The notes under the pieces were generated by a model, which saw only the letters and a list, made by a program, of their open reading frames with translations, was not told the origin of the DNA and made no database searches. The translations under genes and the position numbers were made by a program. DNA of 64,000 bases from an uncultured Gammaproteobacteria bacterium (lineage in GTDB: Bacteria; Patescibacteriota; Patescibacteriia; Magasanikbacterales; UBA922): positions 4,047-68,046 of the forward strand of contig CAZTEU010000001.1 in assembly GCA_964612105.1 (NCBI GenBank), in the 5' to 3' direction. Of the stretch, positions 27,183 to 36,189 are shown piece by piece. Position 1 is the first letter of the stretch, and every line of letters starts with the position of its first letter.

Positions 27183-27336
27183 GTTCTCAGATGGTGTTCG
27201 TTGTTGGTTGGTCCTATACAGACTAGTAGGCATTTGCCTGTCTAATCCGCATTACTGCTCAACAACGTCCGACCCTGATCATTCAGGGCGTCTATCTTCG
27301 AGAACATCCCGTATTTTGGGATGATTTTTATTCTCT
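27183..27336 (+). promoter_or_regulatory. Structured metK leader: closing stem GTTCTC/GAGAAC, then an intrinsic terminator (riboswitch-like; possibly SAM-responsive, class undetermined)
   Basis: P1-like stem at 27183-27188 / 27300-27305 encloses about 110 nt with internal CGTTGTTGG/CTCAACAACG pairing. The ATCCCgtatttTGGGAT hairpin plus a T-tract lies immediately 5' of the metK ATG. Confidence 0.35.
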
Positions 27337-28545
27337 ATGGCAGAGAAACAGTTTTTTACCTCAGAATCTGTGACTGAGGGACACCCAGACAAAATCTGTG
27401 ATCAGATCTCAGATGCTGTTTTGGATGCAGTATTAAAAGATGATCCAGATGGAGCATGTTGCTGTGAGGTTTTCACTACAACTGGACTTGTTGTTGTTGG
27501 TGGGGAAATTACAACGAAAACATATGTAGATATTCCAGCTATTGTCCGTGGAACCCTAAAAGACATTGGATATGTAAATCCAGACTACGGTATAGACTAC
27601 AAGAGCTGTGGTGTTATGGTTGCTGTTGACGAACAAAGTCCAGACATAGCACAAGGAGAAAAAGAGACAGATGGAAGTCACAAAGCACAAGGGGCAGGGG
27701 ATCAGGGTATGATGTTTGGGTATGCATGTAAAGAAACCCCAGAACTTATGCCACTTCCAATAATGTTGGCACATGGAATTACAAAAAGACTTTCACGTGT
27801 TCGTAAGAAAGGCGAGATTCCTTATTTACGTCCAGATGGAAAGAGTCAGGTTACTGTTGAGTATGAGAATGGTCAGCCAAAGCGAGTAGATGCTGTTGTT
27901 GTTGCTGCTCAACACGATCCAGGCATAACATTAGAACAATTACGAGAGGATATTAAGAGGGATGTGATACAGCCTGTATGTGGTCAGTATGTTGACGAGA
28001 ATACAAAATACTATATAAACGAGACTGGTACATTTATCATTGGTGGACCACAGGGAGATACTGGGGTTACAGGTAGAAAGGTTATAGTAGATACATATGG
28101 TGGAATGGGTCGCCATGGTGGCGGGGCGTTTTCTGGAAAAGTTCCAAACAAACAGGATCGCTCTGGTGCATATATGGCACGTTATATTGCAAAGAATATT
28201 GTTGCAGCGGATCTAGCAGATCGCTGTGAAGTACAACTTTCATATGCAATTGGTTTTCCTGAACCTATTAGTGTATTAGTTGAGACGTTTGGAACAATAA
28301 AATGTGATGAGGACAAACTAGTAGAAGCTGTGCGATCTGTATTTGACCTAACACCAGCAGGAATAATTAAGCAATTAGACCTAAAACGTCCAATGTACAA
28401 AGAAACAGCTGCATATGGGCACTTTGGACGCGAAGAGTTTTCCTGGGAGAGAAAGGACAAAGTGGAAGCGCTCAAAGAAGCAGTATCTACAAGTGGGCCT
28501 ACATGCACCTGCAATGTTCCATCCCATACTGGGTCTCACACATAA
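27337..28545 (+). CDS. metK: S-adenosylmethionine synthetase
   Basis: [26 protein letters not shown], full length. Confidence 0.95.
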   Translation: MAEKQFFTSESVTEGHPDKICDQISDAVLDAVLKDDPDGACCCEVFTTTGLVVVGGEITTKTYVDIPAIVRGTLKDIGYVNPDYGIDYKSCGVMVAVDEQSPDIAQGEKETDGSHKAQGAGDQGMMFGYACKETPELMPLPIMLAHGITKRLSRVRKKGEIPYLRPDGKSQVTVEYENGQPKRVDAVVVAAQHDPGITLEQLREDIKRDVIQPVCGQYVDENTKYYINETGTFIIGGPQGDTGVTGRKVIVDTYGGMGRHGGGAFSGKVPNKQDRSGAYMARYIAKNIVAADLADRCEVQLSYAIGFPEPISVLVETFGTIKCDEDKLVEAVRSVFDLTPAGIIKQLDLKRPMYKETAAYGHFGREEFSWERKDKVEALKEAVSTSGPTCTCNVPSHTGSHT

Positions 28546-28556
28546 AAAACAATTAA

Positions 28557-28584
28557 AAAATCCCGATTTCTCGGGATTTTTTAA
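28557..28584. terminator. Bidirectional terminator after metK
   Basis: AAAAAATCCCGAtttcTCGGGATTTTTT. Confidence 0.65.
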
Positions 28585-28703
28585 TTTCTTCTTCTGCAAA
28601 TACATTTGCAAGAAAAGGAACGTATGCACATGGTGTACGTACGCCCCGCCCCCTCCGTTGGAGACTCGTCGTCCATGTGCATGCTGGTCACCCCCCTTTG
28701 ATG

Positions 28704-29231
28704 TCAGCGGTTGTCCGAGATGGTGTCCATCCACTCGATGTTCTTCGCTTTCGGCTTGATTGCTGGGTTCAGGCGAACCCGTAGCGTCTTCTTGTCGACC
28801 TTAGGAACCATCTGGCTGGTACGCTTGGTCTCGGGCTCCGCACATCTCTCAACCTGGGCAGGTGTCGGCTTCCTCCTCTCCCCAGTTTTGATGTTTCTTC
28901 TGTGCTGAAGGTCGAGCTGTTCTCGTTGTCTTCTTCTCTCGATTCTCCACACTAGGATTCCCAAGAGAAATACCACTAGAACGCCACCAAGCGTCATCAG
29001 GAAGAAATGGCTCTTGGTCTGCCCAAGTCTTCGCCAAATCCCACTGGATCCACCAAAGGCCAATGCCCAGTCACTGTAACCGAGCATCAGGAAGAAACAG
29101 ACTGTGACAATCAAGTCACGGATCCACTCCATTGTTCTCTGTGTCATTGCGCCCTCCTGCGCTGACCGCTGTACGGTCGGGTTTGTGTCCTTAGGACGCG
29201 TTTTTATATCATAAGTATGCCAATTTGTCAA
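28704..29231 (-). CDS. Small 2-TM membrane protein encoded in a GC-rich island; the start is probably an internal Met
   Basis: GC-rich ORF. Two hydrophobic helices. Arg-rich C-terminus. Confidence 0.4.
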   Translation of the reverse strand: MTNWHTYDIKTRPKDTNPTVQRSAQEGAMTQRTMEWIRDLIVTVCFFLMLGYSDWALAFGGSSGIWRRLGQTKSHFFLMTLGGVLVVFLLGILVWRIERRRQREQLDLQHRRNIKTGERRKPTPAQVERCAEPETKRTSQMVPKVDKKTLRVRLNPAIKPKAKNIEWMDTISDNR

Positions 29232-29283
29232 GCTTTGTCAAGTAAAAATCGCTCAAATGAGCAAAATATGATATAATCTGTAC

Positions 29284-30084
29284 ATGACAGTAATGCAAGC
29301 CTTAATACTAGGGATTATTCAAGGTCTAACAGAGTTTCTCCCAATATCGTCATCTGGGCACCTTGTTTTTGTACCAAAACTACTTGGATGGGCAGACCAA
29401 GGGCTTAGTTTTGATGTGGTAGTGCATGTAGGCTCTTTATTAGCTGTAATAGTGTATTTTAGAAGGAGATTATGGACTCTTACAAAAGGACTATTCGGAA
29501 GTAATAAAGCTACAAAAAAAGAGAGAAAACTTGCTTGGTATATTCTCCTTACAATCATTCCAGCAGGTATTGTAGGGTTTTTATTTGGTGATTGGATAGA
29601 ACTTAATTTACGATCCACAAGATTAATTGCTTTTGGGCTTATATTTTGGGGTGTCATGCTCGGTTTTGTAGACACAGTTTCTTCTAGGATTAAGAAGAAA
29701 AAAACGCTCGATGAAACAAGTTGGCAGACATCTCTATTTATTGGTCTTGCGCAAGCAATAGCACTAATCCCGGGAACAAGTAGGTCTGGAATAACAATGA
29801 CAGCAGGTCTTGCGGGTAAGATGAGCAAAGAGTCTGCTGCGGAATTTTCTTTTCTAATGTCAGTACCAATAATAGCACTAGCTGGAGCTCTTAAGATAAC
29901 AGAACTGATAAAGGTTGGATTAGAAGGCTTCTCTATCACAACCCTTTCTGTTGGGTTTGCTGCTTCTGCAGTATCTGGTTTTTTGGCTATAAAACTTTTG
30001 TTGGGGATAGTAAGGCGTTGGAATTTTATGCCTTTTGTTTTTTATAGAATTATTATTGGTTTGTTGATATTAATTTATGTATAA
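29284..30084 (+). CDS. uppP: Undecaprenyl-diphosphate phosphatase
   Basis: LTEFLPISSSGHL and SRSGITMT motifs. Confidence 0.9.
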   Translation: MTVMQALILGIIQGLTEFLPISSSGHLVFVPKLLGWADQGLSFDVVVHVGSLLAVIVYFRRRLWTLTKGLFGSNKATKKERKLAWYILLTIIPAGIVGFLFGDWIELNLRSTRLIAFGLIFWGVMLGFVDTVSSRIKKKKTLDETSWQTSLFIGLAQAIALIPGTSRSGITMTAGLAGKMSKESAAEFSFLMSVPIIALAGALKITELIKVGLEGFSITTLSVGFAASAVSGFLAIKLLLGIVRRWNFMPFVFYRIIIGLLILIYV

Positions 30085-31090
30085 GAACAAGAACAAACCA
30101 AAAGTTGTTACTGTACTAGGTGCTGGTAATTTTGGAACAGCAATTTCACAAGTACTAGCAGAGAATGGGCATCGTGTAAATTTATGGAATTGGGAGCAAG
30201 ATCACTTACCACTTAAGCAGATAGAAAAGTACCACGAGAACAAGAAATACATGCCTGGTATTAAGCTTTTGAAGAATATCGTTCCAATGTACAGGTTAGA
30301 TATGGCATTGCATGCTACAAATGCTGTATTTTTTGCTGTACCAAGTATGTCTATGGAGCATGTTGTCTCTTTTGCCTCTAGAAGTATTGAATCAAAAAGT
30401 ATATTAGTAAATTTATCAAAAGGACTGCATCCAGAGTTACATAAGCCAATGTCCTCAATTATAGGAAAACATGTTAGGCCTGCATTAAAAAAGAAAATAG
30501 TAACTATTTCAGGACCTGCAGTGGCTGAACAACTAATTCATCACCATGTTTCGATGATGAATATCGCTGGAAAAAACAGAGGTTCTGTAAATCAAGTTAA
30601 GAACATACTGGAAAATGATTTTGTAAAACTAGTACCTGTAAAAGATATGATAGGTATAGAAGTCGCTGGATCTTTCAAGAATGTATACGCAGTACTTATG
30701 GGCGTGTGTGATGGGATGAAGCATGGACTAAACACAAAAGCTGGTCTATTAGCTTTTGCTATGTCAGAAATTGGAGATGTTGTTCATGCGCTTGGTGGAA
30801 AAAGAAAAACAGCACATGAGCTTGCAGGATTAGGAGACCTCGTTGGAACTGCCTTTTCTCAGTACAGTAGAAATAGACAATTCGGTGAGTATATAGGAAA
30901 AGGTCTATCAAGGAAGAAAGCCCTCTCCAAGATGAAACAAACTGTAGAAGGTATAAATGCAACACACTGCCTTCATTCAATTGCCAAGAAAAATGGAATT
31001 AAGCTTCCTTTGGCGTCTCTGGTGTATTCAATGGTGTTTGGCAGAGGGGATGCTCGTAAAAAGATGCAAAATTTCCTAAAAAAACTATAA
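30077..31090 (+). CDS. gpsA: NAD(P)H-dependent glycerol-3-phosphate dehydrogenase
   Basis: VLGAGNFGTAI Rossmann fold; GpsA length. Confidence 0.85.
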   Translation: MYKNKNKPKVVTVLGAGNFGTAISQVLAENGHRVNLWNWEQDHLPLKQIEKYHENKKYMPGIKLLKNIVPMYRLDMALHATNAVFFAVPSMSMEHVVSFASRSIESKSILVNLSKGLHPELHKPMSSIIGKHVRPALKKKIVTISGPAVAEQLIHHHVSMMNIAGKNRGSVNQVKNILENDFVKLVPVKDMIGIEVAGSFKNVYAVLMGVCDGMKHGLNTKAGLLAFAMSEIGDVVHALGGKRKTAHELAGLGDLVGTAFSQYSRNRQFGEYIGKGLSRKKALSKMKQTVEGINATHCLHSIAKKNGIKLPLASLVYSMVFGRGDARKKMQNFLKKL

Positions 31091-31129
31091 TTGACAGGAC
31101 TTTGATTTGTGATAGTATAGCTGGCTAAT

Positions 31130-32614
31130 ATGGAAATAAAGAAACTATTCAAAACTATACAGAAAGTAAGCAAGAAAACATCTACCGATGTATATATTGT
31201 TGGTGGCTTTGTGAGGGATTTGCTTTTATTCGGAAAAAAGTATCAAGCAAAAGATATAGATTTTGTTGTTCTTGGTAGTGGATTAGAGTTTGCAAAGGAA
31301 TTTGACAGTGCAGTCAAGCAATCAGGCTCTTTAGTAGAGTTTGAGGATTTTGATACTGCTCGCTATGTCTTTGTAAAAGAGGATAAAAAAGGAAAAATTA
31401 TAGAAAAATTAGAAATAGAATTTGCAGGAGCTCGTAGTGAAGAATACAAGAAAATGTCACGTAAACCAAAAGTAGAACCAGCAACCCTAGAAAAAGATCT
31501 TTCACGTCGTGATTTTACAGTGAATGCAATGGCTCTTCCTATTTCTATATTTTCAAAAGGAGTTCCTTCAGATAAGGTAATAATGGAAAATCTAATAGAC
31601 CCATACGGCGGAACTAAAGACTTACAAAAAAAGGTAATCAAAACACCACTAAATCCAGATGAAACTTTTTCAGATGATCCACTAAGAATGCTACGAGCAG
31701 TTAGATTTGCATCTCAATTAGATTTCAAGATAGACAAAAAGACGTACAAATCAATAAAAGACTCTTCGTCCCGTCTTAGTATTATTTCTAAAGAAAGGGT
31801 GCAGGAAGAATTCTTTAAACTACTTGCAACAAAAAAACCTGTAGTTGGATTAGAGTTGTTACATGATAGTAAGCTATTCTTGGAGTTTATTCCAGAAATA
31901 AATGATCTAGAAGGAGTGGAAGAGGTAAAAGGCTACGCACATAAAGATAACCTATCACATACTTTCGCTGTGGTAGAAAATATATCACAATATACGGATA
32001 ATACTTTACTGAGGCTTGCAGGGCTTTTACATGACATTGCAAAGCCCAAAACAAAAAAACTAGAAAAAGGAAGAGGGTGGACCTTTGATATGCATGAGCA
32101 TCTTGGAAAGAAAATGGTAAGAGATATAGGAAAGAGGCTTAGAATGAAGAAAAGTGATACAGAGTATGTTGCAAATCTAGTTAGATGGCATCTGCAACCA
32201 ATATCCCTAATGGATGACGGAGTAACAGACAGTGCAGTCCGTCGCTTAGTTGTAAATTTAAAGGATGATTTAGATGATCTTCTACTACTGTGCAGGAGTG
32301 ATATAACTACAGGTAATCAGAAGAAAAAAAAGCGAAGACTAAAGAACTATGATGTATTAGAAAAAAGAATAGCTGAGGTGAATGAAAAGGATCAATTAAG
32401 GGCGTTTCAATCACCATTACGAGGCGAAGAGATAATGAAGCTTACAGGACTAAAACCAGGACCAACAGTAGGTAGAATTAAAAAAGCCATAGAAGAAGCT
32501 ATTCTAGATGGGGACATAAAGAATGAGTATAAAGCATCAAAAAAGTATTTCGAGAAGATAAAAGATAAGCTTATGAGAGATGTAGAGGGGTGGGAAATAG
32601 AAAAGAACAAATAA
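31130..32614 (+). CDS. cca: CCA-adding tRNA nucleotidyltransferase with HD domain
   Basis: IVGGFVRDLLL, HD motif HDIAKP. Confidence 0.85.
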   Translation: MEIKKLFKTIQKVSKKTSTDVYIVGGFVRDLLLFGKKYQAKDIDFVVLGSGLEFAKEFDSAVKQSGSLVEFEDFDTARYVFVKEDKKGKIIEKLEIEFAGARSEEYKKMSRKPKVEPATLEKDLSRRDFTVNAMALPISIFSKGVPSDKVIMENLIDPYGGTKDLQKKVIKTPLNPDETFSDDPLRMLRAVRFASQLDFKIDKKTYKSIKDSSSRLSIISKERVQEEFFKLLATKKPVVGLELLHDSKLFLEFIPEINDLEGVEEVKGYAHKDNLSHTFAVVENISQYTDNTLLRLAGLLHDIAKPKTKKLEKGRGWTFDMHEHLGKKMVRDIGKRLRMKKSDTEYVANLVRWHLQPISLMDDGVTDSAVRRLVVNLKDDLDDLLLLCRSDITTGNQKKKKRRLKNYDVLEKRIAEVNEKDQLRAFQSPLRGEEIMKLTGLKPGPTVGRIKKAIEEAILDGDIKNEYKASKKYFEKIKDKLMRDVEGWEIEKNK

Positions 32615-32640
32615 ATCCAGACCTACGTCTGGATTTTTGA
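32614..32640 (+). terminator. Terminator after cca
   Basis: AAATCCAGACctacgGTCTGGATTTTT. Confidence 0.6.
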
Positions 32641-32781
32641 TACAAAAAAATGGCTATTGCCATAACGTTTATTTTATTGAACCACGAGCCGGGACCATAC
32701 TACGCATTCGCAGTGATGATCCCGGCTCGGGTAACAGGCGCCAGATACCCCGCAGGTATCCTTGTGGTCGCCGGTCAGCGG

Positions 32782-32855
32782 TCGGGTGGGCTGGATTTGA
32801 ACCAGCGACCTTGAGCTTTGTAGGCTCACACTCTACCTGACTGAGCTACCCCCCG
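32782..32855 (-). tRNA. tRNA whose apparent anticodon is ACA (it would read Cys UGU); identity needs checking
   Basis: Minus-strand read CGGGGGGTAGCTCAGTCAGGTAGAGTGTGAGCCTACAAAGCTCAAGGTCGCTGGTTCAAATCCAGCCCACCCGA. Anticodon stem TGAGC/GCTCA, loop CTACAAA. T-arm GCTGGTTCAAATCCAGC. Confidence 0.7.
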
Positions 32856-32882
32856 AAAAAAGAACAAAGAACAATTAATCAA

Positions 32883-33063
32883 GCGGAACCCCCCAACCAG
32901 TGCGTCATCCGACTGTCCGCATGGAGGAGGGGTTCCGCTGTGCCAGCGGTGTTTTGCAAGCTACGGACTCCCGCAACCAGCCCTCAGGTGACTACCATGT
33001 GAGGCTACCGCTGGAACGAAGTGGTGGAGGGATTAGAACCCTTGTGCTTCGACGACTCACCAC
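32883..33063 (-). other. GC-rich structured flank of the tRNA: a 10-bp inverted repeat, and a tRNA-like minihelix with an acceptor-like stem and T-arm-like hairpin
   Basis: GCGGAACCCC...36 nt...GGGGTTCCGC at 32883-32938. GTGGTGG[AGGGattagaaCCCT]...TCACCAC at 33021-33063. On the minus strand the hairpin loop reads TTCTAAT, which is T-loop-like. Confidence 0.3.
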
Positions 33064-33179
33064 GGTACGAAGATTACGAAAATCATTTTACATTATGAAT
33101 ATAAAACTGTCAAACAGTATTTATTAACATATACACAATACATTGCTTTTGTGCGTAAAATCTAGTACAATATGCATAT

Positions 33180-33887
33180 ATGATAGAACTCTGGAATATA
33201 TACTTATACCAGCCTGTATTTAATTTGCTTATCTGGATTTATTCAAATTGGACAGATCAAAATCTAGGCTGGGCTATTGTTTATCTTACAGTGCTACTAC
33301 GTGGTGCGCTTCTACCTCTAACTGTAATTCAGCATATGAAGCAGGCAAGAAACGAGAGCTTGGGAGAAGATGTAATGAAACTCCAGAAGGAGTTGCACAA
33401 CGATGAAGTTCTAAAGAAACAGGAGATTAGGAAGCTACTTAAGAGAAAGAAAGTGAGTCCGTGGGCAAAGTTCGTGTCCTTAGGAATACAAGGTTTGGTA
33501 TTGTTACTACTTTATCAAGTATTCCTCAATGGAATAACAGGAGAGAAGCTTTTTAGTACGCTCTATTCATCTGTAGACTTTCCTGGTAAAATAAACGCAA
33601 TGTTCTACGGTTTTGATCTTGGAGTAAGGGATGTAATTTGGGCAGCTGTAGTGGGACTCTTGCTCTTTGCTGAGAATTACTATCACGCGATAAAAGCAAA
33701 GAGAATGTTTCAGAAAACAGACCTAAGTTATTTTGTGCTTTTTCCACTGGCTGTATTCGTAGCACTTTGGGCACTACCAATGGTTAAATCCTTGTTCGTA
33801 TTGACTTCAATGCTATTTTCCATTATTATTGGCTTGTTTTTATCACTACTTATTAAACCAATTAAACCAAAGAAAAAAACAGCCTAG
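33180..33887 (+). CDS. yidC: YidC/Oxa1-family membrane insertase (short form)
   Basis: Conserved N-terminal region LIWIYSNW...AIVYLTVLLRGALLPL. About 5 TM. Confidence 0.65.
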   Translation: MIELWNIYLYQPVFNLLIWIYSNWTDQNLGWAIVYLTVLLRGALLPLTVIQHMKQARNESLGEDVMKLQKELHNDEVLKKQEIRKLLKRKKVSPWAKFVSLGIQGLVLLLLYQVFLNGITGEKLFSTLYSSVDFPGKINAMFYGFDLGVRDVIWAAVVGLLLFAENYYHAIKAKRMFQKTDLSYFVLFPLAVFVALWALPMVKSLFVLTSMLFSIIIGLFLSLLIKPIKPKKKTA

Positions 33888-33899
33888 TAAAGTAAATAT

Positions 33900-34490
33900 A
33901 TGTCACAGTCCTTAGATAAATTAATGTATTCCTTCGTCATGGAGGATGTCCTAAAGGGAATATTTATATATGTTCCACCTGGATATGTTGCTTGTGTATA
34001 TGATCTTGGTAGGGGAGTACTAAAGAAAGTACTCACACCAGGACTACACTTCAAGATACCATTCTGGCAAAAAGCGAAGCTTTTTAACACACAGACCTTG
34101 GAATATAGTATTTCTCGGGATTTTAATCCAGAGAATGAAAAAGCGCTTGGAGATATTCCAATTGCAGCTGTAACACAGGATAATAAGAGAATCGGAGTTG
34201 AGGGTGCAATCCTACTAAGACTAGACATACACCAGATTCCAGCTATATGGCAGACAATCGGTGAAGACTTTATAGCTAAAATTATTAGACCAACCGTTAG
34301 AAGTAGGATAAGGATGGTTGCAAGTAGGTTCGATAACAAAGAAATTGTTGGTCCAAAAAGAGATGCTGTAGAAACAGAACTCAAGAACGAGCTTGAAAGG
34401 ATATTCTACTCCAGAGGAATTTATGTAGAAAATGTCCTCCTGAGCGAGGTAGCGAGTGTAGAGGAGTTTAAAAGAACAGCCAAAGAGTAA
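33900..34490 (+). CDS. SPFH/band-7 domain protein
   Basis: Band-7 core (IAAVTQDNKRIGVEGAILLRL). Confidence 0.65.
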   Translation: MSQSLDKLMYSFVMEDVLKGIFIYVPPGYVACVYDLGRGVLKKVLTPGLHFKIPFWQKAKLFNTQTLEYSISRDFNPENEKALGDIPIAAVTQDNKRIGVEGAILLRLDIHQIPAIWQTIGEDFIAKIIRPTVRSRIRMVASRFDNKEIVGPKRDAVETELKNELERIFYSRGIYVENVLLSEVASVEEFKRTAKE

Positions 34491-34492
34491 AT

Positions 34493-34527
34493 AAGAAAAA
34501 AATCCCTTAAATAAGGGGTTTTTTAGT
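34493..34527 (+). terminator. Intrinsic terminator
   Basis: AAAAAAATCCCTTAaataAGGGGTTTTTT. Confidence 0.55.
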
Positions 34528-34553
34528 TACAGAAAAGTAGTTATCCACAGTAT

Positions 34554-34607
34554 TTGACAGGTATTTGCACCCATGGTATATTATCACTCGTCAATCAAGA
34601 GTGATAA
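34554..34607 (+). promoter_or_regulatory. hrcA promoter (TTGACA-17-TATATT) with a CIRCE-like inverted repeat (34581..34607) as HrcA operator
   Basis: TTATCACTC-N9-GAGTGATAA against the CIRCE consensus TTAGCACTC-N9-GAGTGCTAA. Confidence 0.7.
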
Positions 34608-34608
34608 T

Positions 34609-35289
34609 ATGACAGAACGCCAGAAACAACTTCTACAACTAATAACAGAATATTATATTGAGACTGCAGAGCCGGTAGGTTCTCAGATGTTAGTTGAATC
34701 TAATATTTTAGATGTTAGTGGGGCAACTGTACGTAATGATATGAGAGCTCTAGAAGAAGCAGGTTTTTTGACTCATCCACATACTTCTGCTGGTCGTGTT
34801 CCGACTCCAATGGGATATGAGTTCTACTCAGAACACATAATGAATAAACCGGAAGTACACAAAGAGTTAAGTGATTTATGTACAGACATAGCAAGTAGGG
34901 CAGATAATGAGCATCATGCTCTTAAGCAAAGTGCCAAAGAAATTGCAGAAATTGCGAATACTGCTGTTATTATGAGTCTGGGAGAGCAGAGTGTGTATTA
35001 CACAGGACTATCTCTACTGTTTGCTCAACCAGAATTTGTAGATCGTTCAATGTCATTAAATGTATCTGCTATGTTTGATAGGTGTGAACAGATACTCCCA
35101 GAAATTTTTGAGAAAGTAAATGAAGAACCAACAATATTTATTGGAAAAAATAATCCACTTGGCGATATGTGTGGAACAGTTGTTGGAAAAATAGGAAAAA
35201 ACAACTTATGTGCAATTGTTGGACCAACTAGAATGGATTATGAAAAGAATAGTCATCTAATACATACCATTCAAAAAATATTTGAATAA
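34609..35289 (+). CDS. hrcA: Heat-inducible transcription repressor HrcA (start at MTERQKQ; the ORF-track start 34573 lies inside the operator)
   Basis: MTERQKQLLQLITEYYIETAEPVGSQ winged-helix N-terminus. Confidence 0.85.
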   Translation: MTERQKQLLQLITEYYIETAEPVGSQMLVESNILDVSGATVRNDMRALEEAGFLTHPHTSAGRVPTPMGYEFYSEHIMNKPEVHKELSDLCTDIASRADNEHHALKQSAKEIAEIANTAVIMSLGEQSVYYTGLSLLFAQPEFVDRSMSLNVSAMFDRCEQILPEIFEKVNEEPTIFIGKNNPLGDMCGTVVGKIGKNNLCAIVGPTRMDYEKNSHLIHTIQKIFE

Positions 35290-35291
35290 TT

Positions 35292-36173
35292 ATGAATAAA
35301 AAAGACAGAAAACTTCCTCGCGCAACAACAGGAATATATATAGTAAATAAGAATGGAGAAATCCTACTTGCTCGTTCCAGTAAATGGAATGATTTACTTG
35401 TTCCACCAGGTGGTCATATAGAATACGGTGAGCCAATTATAGATTGTGTTGTTAGAGAGGCCAAAGAGGAAACCGGACTAGATGTAAAAAATGCTTCACT
35501 GTTGACTGTAATAGACATGATTGAACCAGAGAACTTTAACGCGTATACCACCCACTTTGTAGGACTACAGTTCCGCGCAGAGGTGGATAATCATGAAGAT
35601 GTTGTACTTGAAGAGCGTGAGTTACAGGATTACGAGTGGCTATTGCCAGAAGAAATAGTAAAAAGAGATGACGTGGAAGATTTGTCCAAAAAAATAGTTC
35701 AAGAGTACTTTGTAGATAGTACTCCAGAAAAAATAGACTCATTAAAAATTCAGCTAAATGAATTCAAGGAAGGGTGGAAGAGAGCCCAGGCAGATTATCA
35801 AAATCTGCACAAAAGTGTGGAGGATAATAGGAGTGAACTTGTAAGATTAAGTGAGCTACAGATTCTAAATGAGTTTTTACCAATATTGGATAATTTTAAG
35901 AAGTGTTTTAACTCAGTACCAGAAGACGATAAGCAGTGGGAGAATTGGAAAAAGGGTGTTGAATATATAATGAAACAATTCTCAGACGTAATGAAAGCAC
36001 ATAATATAGAAGATATAAGTACAGTAGGAAAGAAGTTTGATCCAGAGCTACATGAAGCAGTAGGAGAAGAAGAATCAGAAGAAAAAGAGGGGGTTGTAAT
36101 AAGAGAGGTAGACGCTGGATATACAATGAAAGGAAAAGTAATAAAAGTGGCAAAAGTAATTGTATCTAAATAA
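35292..36173 (+). CDS. grpE: Nudix hydrolase domain fused to GrpE nucleotide-exchange factor
   Basis: N-terminal GGHIEYGEPIIDCVVREAKEETGL Nudix box (aa about 30-140). C-terminal GrpE coiled-coil and beta-domain (...GKKFDPELHEAV...VIREVDAGYTMKGKVIKVAKV). Confidence 0.75.
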   Translation: MNKKDRKLPRATTGIYIVNKNGEILLARSSKWNDLLVPPGGHIEYGEPIIDCVVREAKEETGLDVKNASLLTVIDMIEPENFNAYTTHFVGLQFRAEVDNHEDVVLEERELQDYEWLLPEEIVKRDDVEDLSKKIVQEYFVDSTPEKIDSLKIQLNEFKEGWKRAQADYQNLHKSVEDNRSELVRLSELQILNEFLPILDNFKKCFNSVPEDDKQWENWKKGVEYIMKQFSDVMKAHNIEDISTVGKKFDPELHEAVGEEESEEKEGVVIREVDAGYTMKGKVIKVAKVIVSK

Positions 36174-36189
36174 TCAATAATATATTCAT

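Noticed and set aside
32637-33127. Plus-strand ORFs 32637..32840 and 32900..33127
   Set aside because: They overlap the tRNA and the structured GC-rich RNA region. There is no SD, and their composition is Arg/Gly-rich, typical of spurious ORFs in GC-rich noncoding DNA.
34573-34608. ORF-track start of hrcA at 34573 (MVYYHSSIKSDN...)
   Set aside because: This N-terminal extension would be encoded by the CIRCE operator and the -10 element. The in-frame ATG at 34609 gives the conserved MTERQKQLL HrcA N-terminus.
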